A model generated the notes under the pieces. That model had not been told where the DNA came from. It worked only from the letters and a program-made list of their open reading frames with translations, and ran no database searches. A DNA stretch of 64,000 nucleotides from an uncultured Chloroflexia bacterium (GTDB lineage Bacteria; Chloroflexota; Limnocylindria; Limnocylindrales; CSP1-4): assembly GCA_963779905.1 (NCBI GenBank), contig CAWAAF010000010.1, forward strand, positions 343,423 to 407,422. The letters run 5' to 3'. The stretch's first letter is position 1. Each line of letters opens with the position of its first letter. Shown piece by piece: positions 1 through 12,463 of this stretch. Both the position numbers and the translations under genes were made by a program.

Positions 1-1689
1 GCACTGCTCGCCGCCCGACTGGACGGCCTGCCCCGGGAGCAGAAGGCGCTGGTGCAGGCGGCGAGTGTGATCGGCGAGCAATTCGAGTCGGAGCAGCTAG
101 GTCAGCTGGCGGGCCGCGAGGTGGCGGCAGACCTGCAGGCGTTGGTGCGCGCAGGGTTCGTGCTGGTCGACCGCTCCGCTGGCCCGCGCGCCTATCGCTT
201 CAAGCACCTACTCGTGCGCGACGTGGCCTACGCCAGCCTGCCCAAATCAGAGCGCGCCCGACTTCACGAGGCTTTCGGCCACGCGCTGGAGGCAGCCTCG
301 GGCGACCGGCGCGCCGAGATCGTCGAGATTCTCGCCCACCACGCTGAGCGCACGCTGACGTTGTCGCTTGAGCTCCGCCAATCGGGGCCCAATCTACGCG
401 ACCGCGCGCTTCGGGCAACGGACCTCGCCCTGGAAGCCGGCCAGCGCGCGCTGGAGCGCGGCGACACGCAGAACCTGGCGCGCTTCATCGCCACGGGACA
501 GGCGGGTGTCGCAGCCGCTGGCGAGGCCGGCGCGCTGAGAGTGCCTGATCTCGAACTCCTCGACGCCCGCGCCGAGTCCGCGCGCGGCAACTTCAAAGGT
601 GCACGGGAGAAACTCGAAAAGGCCGCAGAAATGGCGCAGCAGGCCGGCAGGCGCGACCTGGAAGCGCGCGCGCTGCTCGACCTGGGTGAAGTCCTCGTTT
701 ACGCCCAGAGCGAAGAGGACATCCCCGCGACGGATGCAGCCATCGAAGCCGCCGACCGCCTGTTTGTCTCATTGGGCGACAGCAGCGGCCACCTCGAGGC
801 GCAAGGCCTGATGCTCGAGAAGCTGTTCCAGATAGGCCACATGGGCGAAATGCTCACTCGCGGAATGGCGTTGATCGACGAAGCGATCGCGTCGGGCGAA
901 CGACCGATTGCGGCCGGGCTCATGGCTCGCCTGGTATCGGCTGCGATTTGGAGCGGAGACACGCTTCTCGCCGAACAGCTGGCCGACCGCGCCGACGAAA
1001 TAACTGAGGAGCTGGGATTACTCACCGCTCGACGGTTGTCGCGCTTCTTCCGAGCGCGGTTGCATTGGGTAAAGGCTGAGTACGAAGTGGCCGAGCGCGA
1101 GCTGCGCGAGTTGATCGCGGACTACGCGTCGGCCAGCGACGGGCGATACGACATCGCCACGGCGCGGCTCATGGGCGAAGACCTGATCTCCATGCATCGG
1201 CTGGAAGAGGCGGAAGTACAGGTTGACTTCGCGCTGCAGCGCAGCGTTGAAACTGGCGATCGATGGAGCCGGACTGAGCTTCTGGCCTATAAGGCCTGGC
1301 TTGCAGCCAAGCGCGGAGCGCTCGATGAGGCCGACTCACTACTGGTCGAAGCGCACGAAACGCTGCGCCCGTCCGATTACGCGGCCATCGGCCAATACAA
1401 CGTGCTGCTCGGCCACGTCCGCGCCATGGAGGGCCGTGACGAAGAGGCTGAAACCGCGTTCCAGCGCGCCATGGAAGCGATAGACGTCAGCGACAACTGG
1501 TCATGGCAGATGGGCGCCCTTGATCTGGCGGAACTGCTGATCTCGCGAGGCCGGGTCAAGGACGCTCTGCCCTTGATCGAACGCGTCTCCGCCGCGGTCG
1601 AGGGCACGCAGCTCAACATCGTGCGCAACCATCTCGCGACGCTGCAGGCACAACTAGAAGGGCAGCCGGCTGCTCGCGGCAACCTCTGA
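1..1689 (+). CDS. C-terminal part (5'-truncated by window edge) of a large STAND/AAA-ATPase + TPR-type regulatory protein (AfsR/LAL/adenylate-cyclase-associated ATPase family); no HTH at the C-terminus
   Basis: The frame is open from nt 1 (ALLAARLDGLPREQKALVQAASVIG...). The motif 'FKHLLVRDVAYASLPKSERARLH' is typical of the helical end of AAA+/NB-ARC regulators. It is followed by a long TPR-like helical repeat region, with the stop at 1687-1689. Confidence 0.55.
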   Translation, partial: ALLAARLDGLPREQKALVQAASVIGEQFESEQLGQLAGREVAADLQALVRAGFVLVDRSAGPRAYRFKHLLVRDVAYASLPKSERARLHEAFGHALEAASGDRRAEIVEILAHHAERTLTLSLELRQSGPNLRDRALRATDLALEAGQRALERGDTQNLARFIATGQAGVAAAGEAGALRVPDLELLDARAESARGNFKGAREKLEKAAEMAQQAGRRDLEARALLDLGEVLVYAQSEEDIPATDAAIEAADRLFVSLGDSSGHLEAQGLMLEKLFQIGHMGEMLTRGMALIDEAIASGERPIAAGLMARLVSAAIWSGDTLLAEQLADRADEITEELGLLTARRLSRFFRARLHWVKAEYEVAERELRELIADYASASDGRYDIATARLMGEDLISMHRLEEAEVQVDFALQRSVETGDRWSRTELLAYKAWLAAKRGALDEADSLLVEAHETLRPSDYAAIGQYNVLLGHVRAMEGRDEEAETAFQRAMEAIDVSDNWSWQMGALDLAELLISRGRVKDALPLIERVSAAVEGTQLNIVRNHLATLQAQLEGQPAARGNL

Positions 1690-2292
1690 CAGCCAGCGCT
1701 TCTCGCGCTCCATCGTCGTCGCCGGGCCGTGGCCTGGTCTGACGCTCAAATCGTCGGCCAAGCGGGAAAGTCGGGCCAGCGAGTCAATGATCTGTTCCTG
1801 CGAGCCGCCCGGGAAATCAGTCCTCCCCCAGGCGCCGGCAAAGAGTGTGTCGCCCGTGAACAGCAGGCGCTCGTTATCGGCCAGCAGGCAGACCGACCCT
1901 TCGGTGTGGCCGGGCGTGTGCAGGACCTGGAGTTCGATCTCGCCGAAATTGATGCGCGATCCCTCGGCCAGGTCAATGGCGGGCACCGACGGCGGGATGG
2001 GAAACGGCGCATAGAGCGGACTCGGCGACTCCAGGCCGTGGCGATCGAGCGAGTGCGCGGCTATTTGCGCGCCGGTTGCCTGCTGAACTGCCGCGTTGTC
2101 GCCAATGTGGTCCCAATGGCGATGCGTGCTGACGATCAACTTGAGCGTCCAGCCACGTTCCGCCAGCGTTCGGGTCAGCCACTCGACGCACGGTGTCGCC
2201 GTGTCGATCGCGATTGCCTCGCGGCTGGCTTCGTCGCCCAGGACGTAGAGGTTGGTCGAGACTGGGCCGATCGCCCTCTGCAGCAGGTTCAC
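1654..2292 (-). CDS. MBL-fold metallo-hydrolase (hydroxyacylglutathione hydrolase/glyoxalase II-like)
   Basis: THRHWDHIG (HxHxDH) and downstream His/Asp metal ligands ('HTPGHTEGSVC', 'TGDTLFAG'). The N-terminal Arg-rich extension of the 330-aa ORF is rejected. A GTG start at 2292 overlaps the upstream stop (GTGA). Confidence 0.7.
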   Translation of the reverse strand: MNLLQRAIGPVSTNLYVLGDEASREAIAIDTATPCVEWLTRTLAERGWTLKLIVSTHRHWDHIGDNAAVQQATGAQIAAHSLDRHGLESPSPLYAPFPIPPSVPAIDLAEGSRINFGEIELQVLHTPGHTEGSVCLLADNERLLFTGDTLFAGAWGRTDFPGGSQEQIIDSLARLSRLADDLSVRPGHGPATTMEREKRWLSEVAASSRLPF

Positions 2293-2723
2293 GAAGGCAG
2301 GTCGAGCCGGAAGAAGACGCCGACTGCCTGAACGTGCTTGCGGCCCAGCCAGTACATGAGGTTGCCCGGAAAAGGGTGCTGCGTGGTGGCGCGGATGACC
2401 GCATCGCGCTCCGGGCCTTCGGCGAGTCGCGTCGCCCGGAACCAGCTCGACGCCGCCCTGGGCCAGCGGTAGCTGCCGCCGCCGGCCGCCTGCAGGTCGC
2501 GCGTCCAGCCGACCTCGCCGTTCGGATGGCCCAGGTAGCGTTTGTCGCCGACGCGCAGCAGGCCCAGCAGTCGGGATCGGTCGCCCTGTCCGTCGCGGCG
2601 CGGAACGGTTACGTCGACCATGTTGCCGATACCGAAGCGACCCCACAGGCGCCGGACGAGTGGATCGATCAGCGCCAGAATTCGGTACTGCACGCGGAAA
2701 GCGCGCTGCCAGAAGCGAGACAT
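2289..2723 (-). CDS. deazaflavin (F420)-dependent nitroreductase family protein (DUF385/Ddn-like)
   Basis: Pattern matches M. tuberculosis Ddn (Rv3547) by recall: N-terminal amphipathic helix, then 'RRDGQGDRSRLLGLLRVGDKRYLGHPNGEVGWTRDLQAAGGGSYRW', then a C-terminal 'YW...' segment. Confidence 0.55.
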   Translation of the reverse strand: MSRFWQRAFRVQYRILALIDPLVRRLWGRFGIGNMVDVTVPRRDGQGDRSRLLGLLRVGDKRYLGHPNGEVGWTRDLQAAGGGSYRWPRAASSWFRATRLAEGPERDAVIRATTQHPFPGNLMYWLGRKHVQAVGVFFRLDLPS

Positions 2724-2752
2724 CCGGCTAGAGCATAGGCAGAGGTGCGGCG

Positions 2753-3502
2753 ATGGCGGACACGACCTTCACCTGGTACGGGCATTCATGTTTCGAACTG
2801 CGCACACCGGGCGGCAAGGTCGTCCTGTTCGACCCGTGGTTCGGCAACCCGACGTCGCCCAAGAAGGCCAGCGCAGTCGACCGTTGCGACGTGCTGCTGG
2901 TGAGCCACGGCCACTTCGACCACATCGGTTCGCCGCCACGGCAGGTGGTAGACGCCGATGCGCTGACGATTGCCCGCGCCACCAACCCGACCTGGCCGTG
3001 CATGCACGAGATGTCCCTGTGGCTGGACGAGGTGCTCGTCGGCTGCGATGCCGAGGTCGTCGGCATGAACAAGGGCGGCACGTTCGACGCGGGCAACCTG
3101 CCGATCACGATGGTCCACGCCGACCACTCGGCCGGCGACTGGTCGGCGCCCGGTGAGGGGCCGCTGTACCTGGGCGAGCCGGTCGGCTTCGTGCTGGGCC
3201 TGGAGGATGGCCGCCGCGTCTACTACAGCGGGGACACCGAGGTCTTCGGCGACATGGCACTGATCGGTGAGATGCACAAGCCGGATGTGGCGATATTGCC
3301 CATCGGCGGGCACTACACCATGGGTCCGAAGGGAGCGGCGCGAGCGGCCAAGATGCTGGGCGTGAAGAAGGTCGTGCCGGTGCACTACGGCACGTTCTCG
3401 ATCCTGGCCGGCACGCCCGATGAGCTGCGCGCCGAGCTCGCGGCGATCGGCGCTGCGGTGGAGGTGGTCTCGCCCGAACGCGGAGTTGCGACGCAAATCT
3501 GA
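2753..3502 (+). CDS. metal-dependent hydrolase, UPF0173 family (MBL fold)
   Basis: 'MADTTFTWYGHSCFEL', 'VLLVSHGHFDHIG', 'VHADHSAGD'. Intact 249-aa ORF. Confidence 0.8.
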   Translation: MADTTFTWYGHSCFELRTPGGKVVLFDPWFGNPTSPKKASAVDRCDVLLVSHGHFDHIGSPPRQVVDADALTIARATNPTWPCMHEMSLWLDEVLVGCDAEVVGMNKGGTFDAGNLPITMVHADHSAGDWSAPGEGPLYLGEPVGFVLGLEDGRRVYYSGDTEVFGDMALIGEMHKPDVAILPIGGHYTMGPKGAARAAKMLGVKKVVPVHYGTFSILAGTPDELRAELAAIGAAVEVVSPERGVATQI

Positions 3503-4048
3503 TGGTCCGCGTGCGGGTGGCGGATCCGGCGGGCGATGCCGCTCGGGTCGCCGAGATCTACCGCCCGTACGTCGAGCAAACCATCATTTCCTTCGAAGAG
3601 GTCGCGCCGACGGCCGACCAGATGGCCGACCGAATGCGGTCGACGCTGGCCTGGACGCCCTGGCTGGTGGCCGAAGAGGACGGCCGCGTGGTCGGCTATG
3701 CCTATGCGACCAGACATCGCGAGCGCGCCGGCTATCGCTGGTCGGTCGACATCTCGGTCTACCTGGAGGCTGGCGCGTCAGGGCCGCGGGATCGGGCGAG
3801 CGCTATACGCGGAGTTGCTGGACCTGCTGCGCCGGCAGCGCTTCGTGAACGTTTACGCCGGCATTACCCTGCCCAACGACGCGAGCGTGGGGCTGCATCG
3901 CGCAATCGGAATGGAGCAGATCGGCACGTACGAGCGGGTCGGCTACAAGTTCGGGCAGTGGTTGGGGGTGACATGGTTCGGCATGCGCCTGGCCGACCCT
4001 GCCGACCCGCCCGCCGAGCCGATCCCGTTTCCCGAGCTCGACCGGTGA
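3502..4048 (+). pseudogene. GNAT family N-acetyltransferase (phosphinothricin-acetyltransferase-like) interrupted by a single-base frameshift near 3785
   Basis: The N-terminal half ('AEIYRPYVEQTIISFEEVAPTADQMADRM...WSVDISVYLEAG') lies in the frame that starts at 3502. The C-terminal half with the CoA-binding motif ('RQGRGIGRALYAELLDLL...VGLHRAIGMEQIGTYERVGYKFGQW') lies in the frame that ends at 4048. Joining them requires a 1-nt deletion around 'ggcgcgtcag'. Confidence 0.6.
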
Positions 4049-4226
4049 AACGGTTGGTGCGCTGGGCAGCCGTGCTGTCGACGCTGATGCTCACGACCTG
4101 CAACTTGCCGCACATCAACGTTCCTCATTTCTGAGGGCGACGTTCCGCACTCGCTGCATTTGAGAGGGTTCTGAGAGCCTGAGGCGGGCAAATCGCGACG
4201 TAGACTCGCCTCGTTCGCGGCCGAGC

Positions 4227-6026
4227 GTGCCTGTGGCCGGCCCTCCGGACGAAGCTGTGGAGGTCGCCGTGAAGCGCTTCTTCGTCCTTGTCGTCGTCAC
4301 CGGCCTCTTAGTTCTGTTGCCATCGTCGGGCGTGCTGGCCTCGTCGGAGGCGCTGGTCACCGTCGGCTCGCCGACGGGCACGACGCCGCAGAACCATCAG
4401 AACGAACCCGCTGTCGCGATGGACGCGAACCACACCAATGTGCTCGCCGCCGGCGCCAACGACTTCGTCGATTGGCAGCCCTGCCCGGTGGGTCGTCCCG
4501 AGCTCGACGGCAGCTGCCGTGGTGCCAACACCGGCGTGGGACTGTCGGGCGTGTACTTCTCGCTCGACAGCGGTAACACCTGGGTCCAGCCCACCTACAC
4601 GGGCTTGACCAGCCACGACTGCACGAACACGAGCTGCACGCCGCATGTCGGACCGATTCATACCCTGCCCAAGTACTTCGAAAATGGCCTGGCCTCCAAC
4701 GGCGACCCGGCTGTCGCCTTTGGCCCAAAGCCCGACGAGAACGGCAATTTCTCGTGGGACAACGGCTCGCGTCTCTACTACGCCAACCTGGCCGGTGCGA
4801 TCAACGCCGCTTTCCCGCAGATCGAGCCGTTCAACGGGTTCCTATCGCTCGCCGTCTCGCGGCTTGATGACGTCGCCAGCGGCAGTTTCGAAAACAAGGC
4901 CAACTGGATGGATCCGGTGATCGTCGCCACTCGCTCGAGCGCCACCGCGTTCGAGGACAAGGAACAGATCTGGGCAGACAACGCTGCCTCCAGCCAGTTC
5001 TTCGGCAGTGTCTACGTGTGCAACGACGAATACCGCAGCAACGGCCACGGCAACGCCTTCGCTCAGACCGTCAACGTGTACATCTCGCGCGACGGCGGTG
5101 ACACCTGGCGTACCAAGCAGGTCCGCCCAGCCAACTCCACCGCGCCCACTGGCTTCCATGGTGCCTGCAACGTGCGTACCGACAGCAACGGGGTGGTCTA
5201 CCTGTTCTACACGCACTTCGAGGTTGGGACGCCGGGCGACGGCGCCCACACGATGCAGAAATCGTTCGACGGCGGCCTGACGTGGACGCGGCCGCGCGAC
5301 GTACTGCCGGCCAACGACGGCTGCTTCAACATCGATCCCGTCTACGGACGCTGCGTGCTCGACGGCTACGCCGGCGCGCGCATCGACCTGTTCTCGATGC
5401 CAAGCGTTGACATCGCCAACGGCGCTCCGACCGGCAATGGCGCGACCAATGAGATCGTGGACGCCTGGAATACCGGCGTCGACGGGCTGAACCATGAAAA
5501 GACCGTTCTCTCATGGTCGACCGACGGCGGCGCAACCTGGGCCAACCCGATAAAGGTGTCTGAGTCCGGCGACCGCCCGCTCTATGCAGCGCCGGCGCTG
5601 GCTCCCGACGGATCGGCGGTATACGTGATCTACGAGGCCGTGACGAGCCCATGGCGCGACACGGACATGACGTCGCCGCGACCGTACCTGGGCGTGATGC
5701 GCACGGCCACGATCGGCGGCAGCGGGGCGCCTGGCAGCTTCTCGACCCAGCACAGAGGACAGGTTGGCGACCTGCGCGCCAGCTACCCCGGTCATGACAT
5801 CTACCAGGAGCGGGTGGGCGACTACGTCTACGCCGCGGCCAGTAATGACTATGGCGTGGGCCTGTACGCCGGGGTCCAGAACGCGGCCGTGTGCCCGGCC
5901 GTCCAGACTTATCGAGCCAACTCGATAGCGCTCGGCACGCTTGACCTGTCAACCGTTCCCTACCCGCCAACGGATTGCCCAGCAACGTGGGGCAACGTCG
6001 ACATCTTTGCGCGTGACCGGCCGTAA
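4227..6026 (+). CDS. secreted BNR/Asp-box repeat protein (sialidase/glycoside-hydrolase-like beta-propeller)
   Basis: N-terminal hydrophobic signal/TM ('FFVLVVVTGLLVLLPSSGVLASS'). Four or more Asp-box motifs S-x-D-x-G-x-T-W ('SLDSGNTW','SRDGGDTW','SFDGGLTW','STDGGATW'). Intact 599-aa ORF. Confidence 0.8.
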   Translation: MPVAGPPDEAVEVAVKRFFVLVVVTGLLVLLPSSGVLASSEALVTVGSPTGTTPQNHQNEPAVAMDANHTNVLAAGANDFVDWQPCPVGRPELDGSCRGANTGVGLSGVYFSLDSGNTWVQPTYTGLTSHDCTNTSCTPHVGPIHTLPKYFENGLASNGDPAVAFGPKPDENGNFSWDNGSRLYYANLAGAINAAFPQIEPFNGFLSLAVSRLDDVASGSFENKANWMDPVIVATRSSATAFEDKEQIWADNAASSQFFGSVYVCNDEYRSNGHGNAFAQTVNVYISRDGGDTWRTKQVRPANSTAPTGFHGACNVRTDSNGVVYLFYTHFEVGTPGDGAHTMQKSFDGGLTWTRPRDVLPANDGCFNIDPVYGRCVLDGYAGARIDLFSMPSVDIANGAPTGNGATNEIVDAWNTGVDGLNHEKTVLSWSTDGGATWANPIKVSESGDRPLYAAPALAPDGSAVYVIYEAVTSPWRDTDMTSPRPYLGVMRTATIGGSGAPGSFSTQHRGQVGDLRASYPGHDIYQERVGDYVYAAASNDYGVGLYAGVQNAAVCPAVQTYRANSIALGTLDLSTVPYPPTDCPATWGNVDIFARDRP

Positions 6027-6098
6027 CGGTGACCACCGGGCCGTAAGCATCCGGCGGCGTAATTGGAGTGGCCTCGACGCATGAGTCGGGGCCATTTC

Positions 6099-6943
6099 CT
6101 AATTTGGGCTCCACCAAGTGACGCCGATGCCGGAGGGGCGGTCGTCCCAGCTGAAGCGGCCGTCGCGCTCGACCAGCCGCTCGCCGGCGAGCGCCACCAG
6201 CCGCTGATCCTTCGCGCTCCCCTCGCGCAGCCATAGCTGGCGGCGCGCCATCGCCAGGGCTTCGTCGGCCGACTCGAAGGTCGGCGGCGCGCGATCCACC
6301 CAGCGCACCTCGGGCAGCCGACCACGAGCGAACAGCAGAGCCAGCAGCTCGGGCATGGCCGGCAAGTCGGACGCGCGGCTCGCCGTGGACGTCGGCCCAG
6401 AACAGCGTGGCGACGGTCGTCATCGCGGCTTCGCCCATGACGGCGATGCACAGCCGGCCCGTCGCCGCTTCCAGGGCATCGACGAAAGGCCCGATCTCGG
6501 CGATGTCGTAGCCGACGTGGGCGATCAGCCCGACGTCGGCGGTCGGGGCTGCCGAAGCCATCGGCCAGCGCGTCTCGATCGTGCGGATGTTGGTGATACC
6601 CGCCGCGTCAGCATCTGCCGCAAGCGTCGATAGCATCGAGGGCGAAGGATCGACGGCGATGACCTCACGCGACGCGCAGCGCCATCGGCAGGGCGTACCG
6701 CCCGCCGCCGGCCCCGACATCGAGCCAGACGTCTTCCGGCTGCGCGAGATCCGAGCAGCAGATTGAGCAACTTCGTCGTCGGTCCGCCGAGGATCCGCGC
6801 GGAAGCGGTTGACCACCGGCGCGTAGAAGTCGGTCGGGTCGGCGACCTCGCGACAGCGCTCGACCTGCTCGTGGTCGGCGTCGACTCGCGCCGCTCCATG
6901 CGGCCAACAAGTGGTCGACGGCCGGGCGCAGAGCATCGCTCAT
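6099..6943 (-). pseudogene. class I SAM-dependent methyltransferase, heavily frameshifted (5 or more frame changes in about 850 bp)
   Basis: The SAM motif I 'VWLDVGAGGGRYALPMAL' and downstream segments are spread over three reading frames. The later segments are 'REVIAVDPSPSMLSTLAADADAAGITNIRTIETRW...GLIAHVGYDIAEIGPFVDALEAATGRLCIAVM' and a C-terminal 'LPELLALLFARGRLPEVRWVDRAPPTFESADEALAMARRQLW'. Confidence 0.5.
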
Positions 6944-6982
6944 TCCGGCAGCGTAAACGCGGCTGACTACACTCGACACGGA

Positions 6983-10709
<3,727 letters not shown>

Positions 10710-10720
<11 letters not shown>

Positions 10721-11387
10721 AGGCGAGGCTGTCAAGAATCGGCTGAGCCGGGATCGCGATGCCCTTATCAACCATCACCAGCAGCTGCTTGCCGTTTCGC
10801 GGCACGACATAGACGATCTTCGGGTCGCCCTGGCACACGGCGCCTTCGAGTGGCGAGGCATACTCCTCGGTGCTGGCCACCCGGATGCCATCCGAGGGTC
10901 CGCACAGGCTGTTGCCCGGAGCGCCCGGCGCAGTGATCTCGAATCTCTGCGAGACAATCCCGCCGACCGCACCCGACCCGGCGTCCGTTACCGCCAAATC
11001 CTTGTTCGCCTTGAGCCACGCCGCCCAGTCGGTTGGCACGGGCTGAATGCTGCCGTCGGTTAGGAACGCCTGGGTAGGAACGATAAAGAACACGCCCTCG
11101 CCGGCGCCCTTCGCCAGGAAAACCCCACCGTGCTTTTTCGTGTCGAAAACGCTCCACTTGCTGCCGCCGGTCTCCCCTGGGACCGTAAAGGTGAACGGAT
11201 CAACGAAGTTCATGGCGGCGTAATTGCCTGCCGCGAGCCCGCCATCTTTCAGCGCGGTGAAGCCGCTCGGCGCGGGCAATGCAGCGGCCGACGCACTCGG
11301 GGTGGGGCTTGCCGCGGCTGGTGCGCCGCAGCCCACGACTACAAGAGCCAACACGCTGGCGAGTCCGGCTGATCGGAACGCTGACAT
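10710..11387 (-). CDS. secreted lipoprotein of unknown function
   Basis: Signal peptide plus lipobox 'LALVVVGCG' after an internal Met (the upstream Arg-rich extension is rejected). Coherent low-complexity-free ORF. Convergent 11-bp overlap with the metH stop. Confidence 0.5.
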
Positions 11388-11568
11388 ACGAGACGCCTCC
11401 CTCTGCTCCCCCGCTGCCTCCCTGTGCTTCCAGAGTGAAATGAGGCCGGTGCCGGCGTCTGTCATCTGGGCGACACGTCGAGGGACAGCTCGTGGCTCGC
11501 GCCCAGACGCTCGTCGATGAAGCGGCCGCCAGCAGGAGGCCCTTGACGGCCTGGTCGCCAAGCCATAC

Positions 11569-11588
11569 ACTGAACCGTATGGTTCAGT
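11569..11588. promoter_or_regulatory. perfect 8-4-8 dyad ACTGAACC-GTAT-GGTTCAGT spanning the ArsR start codon; candidate ArsR/SmtB operator on a leaderless transcript
   Basis: Read directly. rc(ACTGAACC)=GGTTCAGT. The ATG (11579-11581) lies inside the dyad. Confidence 0.45.
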
Positions 11589-11938
11589 ATCCGAGGGCCC
11601 ACCTCGATGCCACTTTCGCCGCTCTGTCGGACGCGACGCGACGCGGTGTACTCGAGCGGCTGGGGCGTTCGGACGCTTCGATCACGGACCTCGCTGACAC
11701 CTTCCACATGACCCTGACCGGCATGAAGAAGCACGTCGGCGTTTTGGAGCAGGCGGGCCTCGTGACCAGCAAGAAGGTCGGGCGCGTTCGGACCTGCAAG
11801 CTCGGCCCGCTCCGACTCGAGGAAGAGACGGCATGGATCGAGAGTTACCGCCAACTCTGGGATTCACGCTACGACGAGTTGGACAAGGTCGTTGAGGAAC
11901 TCAAGCGGAAGGAGAAATCCGATGGAAACGACGGTTGA
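11579..11938 (+). CDS. ArsR/SmtB family transcriptional regulator
   Basis: 'LDATFAALSDATRRGVLERL...ITDLADTFHMTLTGMKKHVGVLEQAGLV' (HTH_20). The start ATG is embedded in a 20-bp perfect dyad (see findings). Confidence 0.8.
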   Translation: MVQYPRAHLDATFAALSDATRRGVLERLGRSDASITDLADTFHMTLTGMKKHVGVLEQAGLVTSKKVGRVRTCKLGPLRLEEETAWIESYRQLWDSRYDELDKVVEELKRKEKSDGNDG

Positions 11939-12404
11939 ACGGACATCCGAGCGCGAGCTCGTGGTCACGCGGACCTTCAACGCTCCGGCGCGCATCGTGT
12001 TCGACGCCTGGACCAAGCCCGAGCTGTTCAAGCGGTGGTGGGTGCCCAAGTCGTTGGGCATGTCCCTGCTCTCCTGCGAGCTGGACGCTCGCACCGGGGG
12101 CGGATACCGCCTCGTGTTCGGCCATGAAGGCGCGGTGATCTTTGAGGCGTACGGGAAGTACCTCGAAGTTACCCCTCCCTCGCGCCTTGTCTGGACTAAC
12201 GATGAAGGCGAGGGTGGACCTGTCACCACGGTCACCTTCGAGGAACAGGATGGCAACACCCTGCTCGTCGTGCACGACCTCTATCCCTCGAAGGAAGCTC
12301 TCGACGAGGCCATCGCATCCGGCTCTACGAGTTGGAACAGCGAGACCTTCGAGCAGCTGGACGAGCTTCTCGTCGCCCTGGGCGCAAGCGTCGCACGGCC
12401 GTGA
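11922..12404 (+). CDS. SRPBCC-domain protein (AHSA1/activator-of-Hsp90-ATPase-like), the typical partner of ArsR
   Basis: 'METTVERTSERELVVTRTFNAPARIVFDAWTKPELFKRWW...VVHDLYPSKEALDEAIASGSTSWNSETFEQLDELL'. 17-bp overlap with the ArsR stop. Confidence 0.8.
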   Translation: METTVERTSERELVVTRTFNAPARIVFDAWTKPELFKRWWVPKSLGMSLLSCELDARTGGGYRLVFGHEGAVIFEAYGKYLEVTPPSRLVWTNDEGEGGPVTTVTFEEQDGNTLLVVHDLYPSKEALDEAIASGSTSWNSETFEQLDELLVALGASVARP

Positions 12405-12463
12405 AGTCGTCGTAAGGCCTCCAAGGAAGGCATCGCCGCCTATTCGCCGCTTATCCTCCGCGT

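Noticed and set aside
1729-2738. Plus-strand ORFs of 200 aa and 181 aa overlapping the MBL hydrolase and Ddn-like genes
   Set aside because: Antisense to two well-supported minus-strand genes. Low-complexity Arg-rich translations.
4049-4226. Possible terminator or regulatory hairpin between the GNAT gene and the BNR-protein gene (GAGGCG...CGCCTC)
   Set aside because: Only a 6-bp stem with a 20-nt loop and no U-tract. Too weak to call.
5326-6936. 536-aa ORF on the minus strand
   Set aside because: Chimeric. Its 5' part is the decayed methyltransferase. The remainder runs antisense through the BNR-protein gene, with Arg/Ala-rich composition typical of off-frame translation of 70% GC DNA.
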